Source: an uncultured Gammaproteobacteria bacterium
GTDB taxonomy: Bacteria; Pseudomonadota; Gammaproteobacteria; Xanthomonadales; Rhodanobacteraceae
Reading direction: 5' to 3'
Length of the DNA: 64,000 nt
Assembly: GCA_963720445.1 (NCBI GenBank)
Contig: CAVRFO010000002.1
Location: forward strand, 439,545-503,544
Position 1 is the first letter of the stretch, and every line of letters begins with the position of its first letter. Both the position numbers and the translations under genes were made by a program. The notes under the pieces were generated by a model, which saw only the letters and a program-made list of their open reading frames with translations, had not been told where the DNA came from and did no database searches. Of this stretch, positions 1 to 12,253 are shown piece after piece.

Positions 1-303
1 TCGTGCGCGTCGAACAGTTGTATCCGTTCCCGCGCACCGAGGCGAGTGCGGAACTGGCGAAATATCCGGCGAGCGAAGGACATCATCTGGTGTCAGGAAG
101 AGCCGATGAACCAGGGCGCGTGGTACCAGATCAGGCACCACCTGCATGCGCTGGTAACGCCGAAGCAGACGCTGTCCTACGCAGGTCGCTCGCGCTCGCC
201 GGCGCCGGCCTGCGGACATTTCAGTACCCATGTTGCCGAACAGGCAGCGCTGGTCGAGCAGGCGTTGGTGCTGCCGGCCGGTTCCGATAACGTTGCGGAG
301 TAG
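1..303 (+). CDS. sucA: 2-oxoglutarate dehydrogenase E1, 3' end (partial; apparent frameshift)
   Basis: RVEQLYPFP then WCQEEPMNQGAW...YAGR..SPAPA.G motifs in two frames; directly upstream of sucB. Confidence 0.93.
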   Translation, partial: SCASNSCIRSRAPRRVRNWRNIRRAKDIIWCQEEPMNQGAWYQIRHHLHALVTPKQTLSYAGRSRSPAPACGHFSTHVAEQAALVEQALVLPAGSDNVAE

Positions 304-316
304 TATCGTCGTTTAT

Positions 317-429
317 CCCTTCTCCCTCCGGGAGAAGGTGGCCCGAAGGGCCGGATGAGGGTTCGGGCGAAGTGGAGCGCCTGCATACGCCGAACCCTCA
401 CCCCAACCCCTCTCCCGGTGGGAGAGGGG
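317..429. repeat. CCCT(T)CTCCC...GGGAGA(A)GG palindromic repeat doublet
   Basis: cccttctccctccgggagaaggtggcccgaagggccggatgagggt plus accctcaccccaacccctctcccggtgggagagggg; first half recurs at 56631-56676. Confidence 0.8.
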
Positions 430-458
430 CTCAAGAAAAATCCCAAGGACACCACCCC

Positions 459-1711
459 ATGTCGATCGAAGTCAAAGTTCCCGTCCTGCCCGAATCCGTT
501 TCCGACGCGACCATCGCGACCTGGCACAAGAAGCCCGGCGATGCGGTCAAGCGCGACGAGAATCTCGTCGATCTGGAAACCGACAAGGTCGTGCTCGAAG
601 TGCCCTCGCCGGTCGATGGCGTGCTCACGGAAATCAAGCAGGACACCGGCGCCACGGTGACCAGCCAGCAGCTGCTCGCGATCATCACGGAAGGCGCCAC
701 GGCGGCGGCAACCCCAGCTGCTGCCCCTGTGGGAGCGGCGGCAGCCGCGATGCCGTCCGCGCCAGCCGCGAGGAAAGCAAGGGCATCGCGCCTTCCGGCG
801 CTCCCACCACGCAACAAGGCGCCGCGGCCGACCTCTCGCCGGCCGGCCAGCGGGTCGCGACCGAGAACAAGATCGATCCCGTCGCAGGTGTCCGCCACCG
901 GCCGCGACGGCCGCGTGACCAAGGAAGACCTGGTCAATTTCATGCGCAGCGACAAGCAGGCGCCCGCCGCCGCGAAGTCGATACCCGTTGCGCAGCCGAC
1001 GCCCGGCGCCCGCCCGCAGGAGCGCGTCCCGATGACGCGCATGCGCACGAAGATCGCCGAGCGCCTGATGCTGTCGAAGAACTCGATCGCGATGCTGACC
1101 TCGTTCAACGAGATCAACCTCAAGCCAGGTCGCCGCGATGCGCAAGCAGCTCGGCGAAGCAGTTCGAGAAGGCCAACGGCATCAAGCTCGGCTACATGAG
1201 CTTCTTCGTGAAGGCCGCGTGCGAAGCGCTGAAGCGCTATCCGGTCGTCAATGCGTCGGTCGACGGCAGCGACGTGATCTATCACGGTTACCAGGACATC
1301 TCGGTCGCAGTCTCGACCGACAAGGGCCTGGTCACGCCAGTATTGCGCGACGCGCAGAACATGAGCTTCGCCGAGATCGAAAAAGCGATCGCGACGTATG
1401 CGAAAAAAGCACGTGAAGGTGGTCTTACCCTCGATGATCTGCAAGGCGGCACGTTCACGGTCACCAACGGCGGCACGTTCGGTTCCCTGCTGTCGACCCC
1501 GATCGTGAACCCGCCGCAGAGCGCGATCCTCGGCATGCACACGATCAAGGAACGCGCGATCGTCGAGAATGGCCAGATCGTCGCCGCGCCGATGATGTAC
1601 ATCGCGATCAGCTACGACCACCGCATCATCGACGGCAAGGACGCGGTGCTGTTCCTGGTAGATATCAAGAATCAGCTGGAGAACCCGCAGCGGATGCTTT
1701 TCGGCATGTGA
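459..1711 (+). CDS. sucB: Dihydrolipoamide succinyltransferase E2 (apparent frameshifts)
   Basis: Lipoyl domain [14 protein letters not shown]3-binding [10 protein letters not shown], catalytic SYDHRIIDG; split across ORFs 372..1199 and 1196..1711. Confidence 0.95.
729..807. repeat. REP doublet inside the sucB coding sequence
   Basis: Left arm gtgggagcggcggcagccgcgatgc is identical to 61969-61993; right arm gcatcgcgccttccggcgctcccac is identical to 32346-32370. Confidence 0.88.
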
Positions 1712-1720
1712 GCTTTCGCT

Positions 1721-1807
1721 CGTCATTCCGGCGAAGGCCGGAATCCATTGTGATCTTCGCTGCAACATCTAAAGCAGGATCGGATCCCGGCCTTCGCCGG
1801 GATGACG
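1721..1807. repeat. CGTC-type REP inverted doublet
   Basis: cgtcattccggcgaaggccggaatcca ... ggatcccggccttcgccgggatgacg. Confidence 0.88.
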
Positions 1808-1854
1808 AACCCGGAACGCCGTTGCACCTTCGTCATCAGGACATCCTAAGAATC

Positions 1855-3280
1855 ATGAGCGACAACTACGACGTCATCGTCATCGGCGCCGGCCCTGCCG
1901 GCTATGTGGCCGCGATCCGCGCCGCGCAGCTCGGCCTCAAGACCGCGTGCATCGACGACTTCATCGGCAAGGACGGCAAGGCCGCACTCGGCGGCACCTG
2001 CCTCAACGTCGGCTGCATTCCGTCGAAGGCGCTGCTGGATTCCTCCAAACAGTTCTGGAACCTGACCAAGCACTTCGACGTGCACGGCATCACCACCCAG
2101 GGCGCCAGCATCGACGTCGGCACGATGGTCGGCCGCAAGGACAAGATCGTCAAACAGTTCACCGGTGGCATCGCGATGCTGTTCAAGCAGAACAAGGTCA
2201 CGCCGTTCTTCGGCAAGGGCAAGTTGCTTCCGAACCGCCAGGTCGAAGTCACCGCCACCGACGGCTCGAAGCAGACGCTCGCCGCGACCAACGTGATCAT
2301 CGCGACCGGTTCGGTGCCGATCCAGCTGCCGTTCGCGCAGTTCGACGGCAAGTACATCGTCGACAACGCCGGCGCGCTCGATTTCAGCGAAACCCCGAAG
2401 CGCCTCGGCGTGATCGGCGCCGGCGTGATCGGCCTCGAACTCGGCAGCGTGTGGAAGCGCCTCGGTTCCGACGTCACCATCATCGAGGCGCTGCCGGATT
2501 TCCTCAGCGTCGCCGATGCCGACGTCGCCAAGACCGCGGCGCGCGAATTCGCCAAGCAGGGCCTCAAGATCGAACTCGGCGCCAAGCTGTCGAAGGCCGA
2601 GATCAAGGGCAACGAGGTCCACCTCACCTATTCCGCAAAGGACGGCGAGAAGCAGCTGGTCGTCGACAAGCTGCTGGTCGCAGTCGGTCGCCGTGCGTAC
2701 ACCGACGGCGTGTTGGCTGACGGCACCGGCGTGAAGACCGACGAGCGCGGTCGTGTCGTCGTCGACGAGCACAACTGGGCCGGTGTCGAAGGCGTGTGGG
2801 CGGTCGGCGACTGCGTGCGCGGCCCGATGCTCGCGCACAAGGGTTCCGAGGAAGGCGTCGCGGTCGCCGAGATCATCGCCGGCAAACCCGGCCACGTGAA
2901 CCTCGACACCGTGCCGTGGGTGATCTACACCGAGCCGGAAATCGCTTGGGTCGGCAAGACCGAAGCGCAGTGCAAGGCTGAGAACATCCCGTACAGAACC
3001 GGCAGCTTCCCGTTCGCGGCGATCGGCCGCGCGGTCGCGATGAACGAACCAGCCGGCTTCGTGAAGATGATCGCGCACGCCGAAACCGACCGCATCCTCG
3101 GCGTGCACCTGGTCGGCGCCTGCGTCTCCGAACTCGTCGCAGAATGCGTCGTCGCAATGGAGTTCAAGGGTTCGTCAGAAGACCTCGCGCGGATCGTGCA
3201 TGCGCATCCGACGCTCTCGCGAAGCGATCCACGAGGCCGCGCTGGCGGTCGACAAGCGGGCGATTCACAAGGCGAATTGA
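1855..3280 (+). CDS. lpdA: Dihydrolipoamide dehydrogenase E3 (frameshift near 3220)
   Basis: GAGPAGY, GGTCLNVGCIPSK, HAHPTLS; true C-terminus EAIHEAALAVDKRAIHKAN* lies in the shifted frame. Confidence 0.96.
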
Positions 3281-3330
3281 AGTCAGAATGAAGTCGCCGG
3301 CATCGTCGCTGCGAGACGTGACGGATGAAC

Positions 3331-3611
3331 TGGATCCCGTCCTTCGCCGGGATGACGAGCTTTGGTATCGCGACACGCCTCGGATCCGTCATCCCGGCGA
3401 AAGCCGGAATGACGAACTCCAATGTTGCGATACCCTCCAAGTCGTCATCCCGGCGAAGACCGGGGATCCAGCTTGTGGAATGACACCCCCCACGTTGCGA
3501 TACTCTCTCAAGCCGTCATCCCGGCGAAGGCCGGGATCCAGCTTGTGGAATGGCGACCTCCCACGTTGCGAAACTCTCTCAGGTCGTCATCCCGGCGCAG
3601 GCCGGAATCCA
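3331..3611. repeat. Array of five CGTC-type palindromes, including about 3 tandem 70-71 bp units
   Basis: Copies at about 3331, 3387, 3443, 3514 and 3585; tandem units start at gttgcga 3424, 3494 and 3565. Confidence 0.9.
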
Positions 3612-3624
3612 GCTTTGAGAAGCC

Positions 3625-3888
3625 ATGAAGCAACCGTGCGTCTATATCCTGGCCAGCGGATGGAATGGAACACTCTACGTCGGCGTGACCTCCGATCTCG
3701 TCAAGCGCGTGTGGGAACACAAGGGCGACTTGGTCGAGGGCTTCACGAAGAAATACCGTGTGCACGATTTGGTCTGGCTCGAGCAGCACGCGACGATGGA
3801 ATCGGCGATCCTGCGCGAGAAGGCCGTCAAGGAATGGAAACGCGCGTGGAAGACCAGGGCAATTGAAGCGGCCAATCTCCTCCGCTGA
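3625..3888 (+). CDS. Small GIY-YIG nuclease family protein (C-terminus possibly shortened)
   Basis: CVYILAS..NGTLYVGVTSDL.KR.WEH ... FTKKY ... AILREK.VKEWKRAWK. Confidence 0.9.
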   Translation: MKQPCVYILASGWNGTLYVGVTSDLVKRVWEHKGDLVEGFTKKYRVHDLVWLEQHATMESAILREKAVKEWKRAWKTRAIEAANLLR

Positions 3889-3903
3889 GCTGCAGGGCAA
3901 AAT

Positions 3904-3977
3904 TGAATCCCGGCCTTCGCCGGGATGACGGCAAGAGCAAACGCAGAAACTGGATCCCGGCCTTCGCCGGGATGACG
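3904..3977. repeat. Two CGTC-type palindromes in reverse orientation
   Basis: tgaatcccggccttcgccgggatgacg (3904-3930) and tggatcccggccttcgccgggatgacg (3951-3977). Confidence 0.9.
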
Positions 3978-3997
3978 AGCAAAGGCATGAGTGCGCC

Positions 3998-4987
3998 ATG
4001 ACGACCTTCCCCGCCTTCCGCATCCGCAACGACGCCGCCGGCTACCGCGCTGGCGTCGAGCCGATGCGTGTTGATGAACTCTCTCCCGGCGAGGTGCTGG
4101 TCAAGGTCGCGTACTCGTCGGTCAACTACAAGGACGCGCTGGCCGGGACCGGCAAGGGCAAGATCCTGCGCCAGTTTCCGTTGAATGGCGGCATCGACGT
4201 AGCCGGCTACGTCGCCGCGTCGACCGATCCGGCATTCAAGGAAGGCGACCAGGTGTTGTGTACCGGCTGCGGACTCTCGGAAACGCGCGACGGCGGTTAC
4301 GCGCAATACGCGCGGCTTGAATCGAAATGGGCGATCCCGCTGCCGGCCGGCATCACCTTGCGCGAATCGATGGCGCTCGGCACCGCCGGCTTCACCGCCG
4401 CACTGTCGCTGTTCCAGATGGTGCGCAACGGACAGACGCCCGAGATGGGACCGATCGTCGTCACCGGCGCGACCGGCGGCGTCGGCTCGCTGGCGGTCGA
4501 CATCCTGACCTGCGCCGGCTTCGAGGCGCATGCGATCACCGGCAAGATCGAGCAGTTCGACTATCTGATCGGCTTGGGCGCGAAACAATGCATCGCGCGC
4601 AACGAACTCTACTGGGGCCAACGTCCGCTCGAAACCGCGCGCTGGGCCGGCGCGATCGACAACGTCGGCGGCGACATGCTGGCCGGGCTGACCCGCGTGA
4701 TCCGGCCATACGGCAACATCGCAAGCTGCGGACTGGCCGCGTCAGCGGATCTGGCGACGACCGTCATGCCGTTCATCATCCGCGGCGTCAGCCTGCTCGG
4801 CATCGCCTCGGCCGGCACCGCACGCGCGATCCGCGAACAGGTCTGGGAGCATCTTGCTGGCGACTGGAAACCCGCCCATCTGGCCACGATCGCGAACCGT
4901 GACGTCGCGCTCGCCGATCTGCCTGCGATTTTCGATACCATGCTCGCTGGCGCGTCGGTCGGCCGTACGGTCGTCCTGCCCGACTGA
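3998..4987 (+). CDS. YhdH/AcuI-family acryloyl-CoA reductase / quinone oxidoreductase
   Basis: YSSVNYKDALA, GTAGFTAAL, VTGATGGVGS, TVMPFIIRGVSLLGI. Confidence 0.88.
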   Translation: MTTFPAFRIRNDAAGYRAGVEPMRVDELSPGEVLVKVAYSSVNYKDALAGTGKGKILRQFPLNGGIDVAGYVAASTDPAFKEGDQVLCTGCGLSETRDGGYAQYARLESKWAIPLPAGITLRESMALGTAGFTAALSLFQMVRNGQTPEMGPIVVTGATGGVGSLAVDILTCAGFEAHAITGKIEQFDYLIGLGAKQCIARNELYWGQRPLETARWAGAIDNVGGDMLAGLTRVIRPYGNIASCGLAASADLATTVMPFIIRGVSLLGIASAGTARAIREQVWEHLAGDWKPAHLATIANRDVALADLPAIFDTMLAGASVGRTVVLPD

Positions 4988-5060
4988 CCGATTGTCGGCC
5001 GGTCTGGCCCAAGTGCGTGCACCCGTCTAGAATGCAAGCCTCCACAGGGGGAAATGGCAC

Positions 5061-5429
5061 ATGTCCAAAGTATTGATTGTCGACGATTCGCCTTCGCAGT
5101 TGGTCGGCATGAAGCGTACGGTCGAGAAACTCGGCCACCAGGTCGTTACCGCCGAGGATGGCGCTGCCGGCGTCGAAGTCGCGCGGCGCGAGCTGCCGGA
5201 TCTGATCCTCATGGATGTGGTGATGCCGAACCTCAACGGCTTCCAGGCCACCCGCACGATCTCGCGCGATCCGAAGACCAGCCATATCCCGGTGATCCTG
5301 GTCACGACCAAGGATCAGGAAACGGATCGGGTCTGGGGAATGCGTCAGGGCGCGAAAGCGTACGTGACCAAGCCGATCGAGGACGCGGAACTGACCCGCG
5401 TCATCAACGAATACCTGCCGGCCGCCTGA
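5061..5429 (+). CDS. pilH: PilH-like single-domain response regulator
   Basis: LIVDDS, LILMDVVMPNLNGFQATR, TTKDQETDRVWGMRQGAKAYVTKP. Confidence 0.8.
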   Translation: MSKVLIVDDSPSQLVGMKRTVEKLGHQVVTAEDGAAGVEVARRELPDLILMDVVMPNLNGFQATRTISRDPKTSHIPVILVTTKDQETDRVWGMRQGAKAYVTKPIEDAELTRVINEYLPAA

Positions 5430-5458
5430 AGCGGCACCGCGCGCATCACGCGCGCGGA

Positions 5459-6349
5459 TCAAGCGCGTGGATTGAAATCAGCCTCGAACATGCGCGCCAT
5501 CTGTTCGTAGAACGCGCGCTGTTCGTCGTCCGCAGGTTTCGGAACCCGCACTTCCAGGGTGACGATCTGGTCGCCCGGTGTCTTGCCCGGCCAGCCGCGA
5601 CCGCGCAGGCGCATCTTGCGGCCACCATCCGAACCCGCCGGAATGCGCAACTCGACGTTGCCGCCCAAGGTCGGCACCGGCACCGTCGCGCCCAATGCAA
5701 CCTCCCACGGCGCGACCGGAAGATCGAGCAGGACATCGCGCCCGTCGAGCCGAAAGCGCGGATCGTCGCGCAAACCGATTTCCAGGATCAGGTCGCCGGC
5801 CGGTCCACCGCCCGCCCCGGCATGCCCTTGTCCGGCTAGGCGGATCTGCTGGCCCGCGGTGATGCCGGCCGGAATCTTGACCTCGAGCGTGCGTTCGCCG
5901 CTGCCGTCGCGCAGGCTGAAACGCTGCCGACCGCCTGCGTAAGCCGTGGCCAGATCGACACTCACCTGCGCGTGCAGGTCACGGCCCTTGCGCGGACCAC
6001 CTCGGCCGCCGCCACCACGATTTCCGAAAATCGATTCGAAGAAATCGCTGAAATCCTCCTCGCCGCCCGCGCCATGCTGCTGGCGCTGCCAGTTCGGCGG
6101 CGCACCGCGAAACTCATCGCCGCCGCGGTAGCCGCCGCCCGCTCGCACCTGATCGTAGGCTTGGCGGCGCGACGGTTCCTTGAGCGCCTCATACGCTTCG
6201 TTGACCGACTTGAATTTCTCCTCAGCGGCGCTCTCCTTGCTGACATCGGGGTGGTATTTGCGCGCAAGGCGCCGGTACGCGGATTTGATCTCCGTATCGG
6301 TTGCCTCCGGTTTCACGCCGAGAATGTCGTAGTAGTCCTTGAATTCCAT
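5459..6349 (-). CDS. cbpA: DnaJ-class co-chaperone, CbpA-like
   Basis: MEFKDYY, J-domain KYHPD, C-terminal DnaJ domain, no Zn finger. Confidence 0.85.
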   Translation of the reverse strand: MEFKDYYDILGVKPEATDTEIKSAYRRLARKYHPDVSKESAAEEKFKSVNEAYEALKEPSRRQAYDQVRAGGGYRGGDEFRGAPPNWQRQQHGAGGEEDFSDFFESIFGNRGGGGRGGPRKGRDLHAQVSVDLATAYAGGRQRFSLRDGSGERTLEVKIPAGITAGQQIRLAGQGHAGAGGGPAGDLILEIGLRDDPRFRLDGRDVLLDLPVAPWEVALGATVPVPTLGGNVELRIPAGSDGGRKMRLRGRGWPGKTPGDQIVTLEVRVPKPADDEQRAFYEQMARMFEADFNPRA

Positions 6350-6460
6350 CCATCGCCTCGATCATTCAAAACAAAACGGCCCGCGGTGAACCTCCGCGGG
6401 CCGCTTCATTCTGACCGCTACGCGAGCGTGCGGCCAGCGTTCCAGTGTCCTCGCCGTCGA

Positions 6461-6901
6461 TCAACCGTTGATGGCGATCCGGCGCGGCGCGGCTTGCGCT
6501 TTCTTCGGGATCGAAATCTCGAGCACGCCGTTCTTGCCAACCGCGCTGATCGCATCGGCGTCCGCACTGTCGGGCAGGGTGAACCGGCGATCGAAGCTGC
6601 CGTGGCCGCGCTCTGTCCGCGCGAACGTCGTGGCCTCGTCCCTGGCCTCGGAGTCCCGGGCGCCCTTCAGCGACAACACGCCCTTGTCCATCTGGATGTC
6701 GACCGTCGCCAGATCGACGCCCGGAAGGTCGGCGAGGATCACGAAACGCGAGGCTTCCTCGCGGATATCGACCGGCGGCTGCCAGACCGGGGCATCGGTG
6801 CGCACCGCTTCGCCGGCGGACGGGTTGAAGAATCGATGCAGGACCTGCTGCGCCTGCGCATTGCCGCGCACGAGCCAGGGGCTGTATTGGGTAACGATCA
6901 T
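6461..6901 (-). CDS. Hsp20/alpha-crystallin small heat-shock protein
   Basis: PPVDIRE, ADLPGV, ER.HGSF.RRFTLP, NGVLEISIPK; GGAG RBS before ATG at 6901. Confidence 0.92.
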   Translation of the reverse strand: MIVTQYSPWLVRGNAQAQQVLHRFFNPSAGEAVRTDAPVWQPPVDIREEASRFVILADLPGVDLATVDIQMDKGVLSLKGARDSEARDEATTFARTERGHGSFDRRFTLPDSADADAISAVGKNGVLEISIPKKAQAAPRRIAING

Positions 6902-6949
6902 GGGTGTTCTCCGCAAATGGATGCGGCGTCATTCGCCGCGATGGCGGAA

Positions 6950-6977
6950 AGGTAGGGTCGTGGAATCGGCTTTCAAG
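6950..6977 (-). promoter_or_regulatory. Putative sigma-32 promoter for hsp20-cbpA
   Basis: Minus strand CTTGAAA-N13-CCCTACCT versus consensus CTTGAAA-N13-15-CCCCATnT, upstream of heat-shock genes. Confidence 0.65.
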
Positions 6978-7049
6978 AGCCGATCCATGCAACGCCGGCG
7001 CGACGTATGATTCGCCCGTTCCGCAATCCTCATTCCCTGGAGATCACCG

Positions 7050-7532
7050 ATGTCGATCCAGATTGGCGAACGCATTCCCGCCGCCACCCTCAATATCCTC
7101 AAGGATGGCGTGCAGGCCATTTCGACCGACGAGATTTTCAACGGCAAGAATGTCGTGCTGTTCTCGGTGCCCGGCGCATTCACGCCGACCTGTTCGAACC
7201 GCCACCTGCCCGGCTATGTGGAGCATTTCGACGAATTCAAACGCCGCGGCATCGTTGTCGCCTGCATCGCGGTCAACGATGCCTACGTGATGGACGCGTG
7301 GGCGAAAAGCCAGCATGTACCGGAGGGCTTGATGATGCTCGCCGACGGCAACGGCGCGTTCATGCGCGCCCTCGGACTGGAAATGGACGCGACACGCTTC
7401 GGCATGGGCGTGCGCGGCAAGCGTTTTGCGCTTTACGCCGAGGATGGCGTGGTGAAAAACCTCAACGTCGAGGCGCCCGGCGAGTTCACCGTGTCCGGCG
7501 CCGAGCCGATGCTGGCCGCGCTCGGAAGCTGA
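7050..7532 (+). CDS. Peroxiredoxin (Prx5/type II)
   Basis: VPGAFTPTCS..HLPGY, VNDAYVM.AW, ADGNG.F. Confidence 0.92.
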   Translation: MSIQIGERIPAATLNILKDGVQAISTDEIFNGKNVVLFSVPGAFTPTCSNRHLPGYVEHFDEFKRRGIVVACIAVNDAYVMDAWAKSQHVPEGLMMLADGNGAFMRALGLEMDATRFGMGVRGKRFALYAEDGVVKNLNVEAPGEFTVSGAEPMLAALGS

Positions 7533-7535
7533 GTT

Positions 7536-7572
7536 CCCTCTCCCCCAGCCGCTTCGTGGTTGGGGGAGAGGG
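7536..7572. repeat. CCCTCTCCC-family hairpin between convergent genes (possible terminator)
   Basis: ccctctcccccagcc-gcttcgt-ggttgggggagaggg. Confidence 0.6.
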
Positions 7573-7597
7573 TTTCAAGCACGCGCCGCTGGCCGCA

Positions 7598-10207
<2,610 letters not shown>

Positions 10208-10458
10208 CGGGCATCCTCTGCAGAAGTCAGGATTCGGGGCGCGCGAACGCCGCCGCTGCGATGCTTTTCATTCGATCGAAAAGGTGCGGCGGGAATGACG
10301 CGCGAACGCCGCGCGTGTGCGCAAACGCAACGGGAAATCATACCACGCGCAGGCCACTTCCGGGGCCGGAAACCACAGGGTTTTCCCTGATTCCAGCGCG
10401 ACTTAGGCGGTCTTGAGCTACGCAACCCAAGGCGCCGTTAGGCTTCAAAGATGAATCC

Positions 10459-10639
10459 GCAGGAGCCCTCCCTGCGGGCGGCTGGTCCGTGGTGATTGCC
10501 CCGAGGTTCGCGCGGGTGCGCTCCTACAGGGACGCGCCGCCGGATACGCGAATCGAAGATCCCGTAGGAGCCCACCCTGTGGGCGACAAACGTCGCGTCG
10601 TTTCCGCGATCCGCGATCGCGCACAGGGTGCGCTCCTAC
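10459..10639. repeat. Cluster of GTAG-type REPs (two doublets)
   Basis: gtaggagcccaccctgtgggcgac ... tcgcgcacagggtgcgctcctac plus a degenerate pair upstream. Confidence 0.85.
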
Positions 10640-10656
10640 GGGCACATCGCATTCGC

Positions 10657-11067
10657 CTACACCTTCTCGCCCGCAGGCTTGCGGAAAATCCAGTACTTCG
10701 AGGTCAGGAAATTCAGCACCGCGCCAGCCACCGATCCGGCCGCGACACCGATCGCAGGCCACTCCCGAACGAGCGGCCAGAACAACAGGCAGGCCGCGTA
10801 CGCGCCGTAGTTCAACGCGAATCCACACGCCATCGCGATCAGATACCGCAGCAACTCGCGACGCCGGCTGCCGCCGCCATGGCCGGCAAACGTGTAGCGA
10901 CGATTGAAACCCCAGGTCGTCGTCGCCGCAGCGAGAAAGGAAACGACGCGCGCGCCATACGGATTCATGCCCAGTTCGCGCACCAGGAACTGCACGATCC
11001 CGGCGTCGACGACGAAGCCGAACGCGCCGCTGATCGCGAACAACACGAGCTGCCTGCGCAGTGCCAT
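10657..11067 (-). CDS. GtrA-family membrane protein
   Basis: [35 protein letters not shown]; four hydrophobic segments. Confidence 0.85.
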   Translation of the reverse strand: MALRRQLVLFAISGAFGFVVDAGIVQFLVRELGMNPYGARVVSFLAAATTTWGFNRRYTFAGHGGGSRRRELLRYLIAMACGFALNYGAYAACLLFWPLVREWPAIGVAAGSVAGAVLNFLTSKYWIFRKPAGEKV

Positions 11068-11095
11068 CCTGGATGCCGTCCCTGAAGTGCGGCGA

Positions 11096-12128
11096 TCAGC
11101 GAGCGCTGCCGAACAACGCGGCCATGCGTTCGGCATTCGGACTCTCGACCACGCCGCGCTCGGTCACGATCGCGTCGATCAGAGTCGGCCGGCGTCACGT
11201 CGAATACCGGATTCCACGCACTCGCGCCGTCGATCACGGTGCGCTGCCCGGCGTACGCGAACAGCTCGTCCGGCGAGCGCAGTTCGATTTCGATGTCGGC
11301 CCCATCGACGGTCGACATGTCGACCGTCGACGACGGCGCGACGACCATGAACTTGACACCATGATGGCGCGCGCCGATCGCCAGTTGATAGGTGCCGATC
11401 TTGTTCGCGGTATCGCCATTCGCAGCGATGCGGTCGGCGCCGACGATGACCCACTGCACCGCGCCGGATTTCATCAGGTGCGCCGCCGCCGAATCGGCGA
11501 CCAAAGTCGCCGGAATGCCGTCGCGCAGCAGCTCCCACATGGTCAGGCGTGCACCCTGCAACCATGGCCGCGTCTCACCCGCGAATACGCGCGCGATGCG
11601 CCCGGCATCGACACCGGCGCGAATCACGCCGAGCGCGGTGCCGAAACCCGCGGTCGCGAGCGAACCGGTGTTGCAATGCGTGAGCACGCCGACATCGTGA
11701 CCGAGCAACGCCGCGCCGAGTTCGCCCATGTGCTTGTTCGCGGCCAGGTCCTCGTCCTGGATCGCCTGCGCCTCGCGCGCCAGCGCCGCCGCATCCGCAC
11801 CGCCGGCCAGCGCGTGCTTCATGCGATCGAGTGCCCACATCAGGTTCACAGCCGTCGGCCGTGCCGCGCGCAGATCCGCGAGCGCGGCATGGATATTCGC
11901 CGGATCCTGCTGCGCCGCCAGCACGGCGCCCCACGCCGCCGCGATGCCGATGGCCGGCGCGCCACGCACGACCAGCTCACGAATCGCCGAGGCCACCTCG
12001 CCGGCGTTGCGGCAATCGACGAAGGTTTCCGCGCGCGGCAGCAGGCGCTGGTCGAGCAAGCGCAAATGATCGCGTTGCCAGAGAACGGCGCGGATCGTGT
12101 CGTGGTTGGACGAGGGCGATGTGTTCAT
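11096..12128 (-). CDS. mtnA: Methylthioribose-1-phosphate isomerase (frameshift near 11185)
   Basis: [58 protein letters not shown]. Confidence 0.94.
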
Positions 12129-12253
12129 GCGATGCCGCGCGCCACCGCACGAGGCCCAGGATAATTGTCGGGCACGCAGGGTATCAGCGCGCCCGCAGTG
12201 CGGCCAGCTCGCGCGCGCTGTTCGGCCATCCGCAGACATCGCGCATCGCCCCG

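Noticed and set aside
3424-3611. Tandem units before the GIY-YIG gene as a CRISPR-like guide array
   Set aside because: Inter-palindrome segments are diverged copies of each other, not independent spacers. Retained only as a REP-type array.
10657-11067. gtrA as a phage serotype-conversion cassette
   Set aside because: No gtrB, gtrC or phage genes are adjacent, and solitary GtrA-family genes are common.
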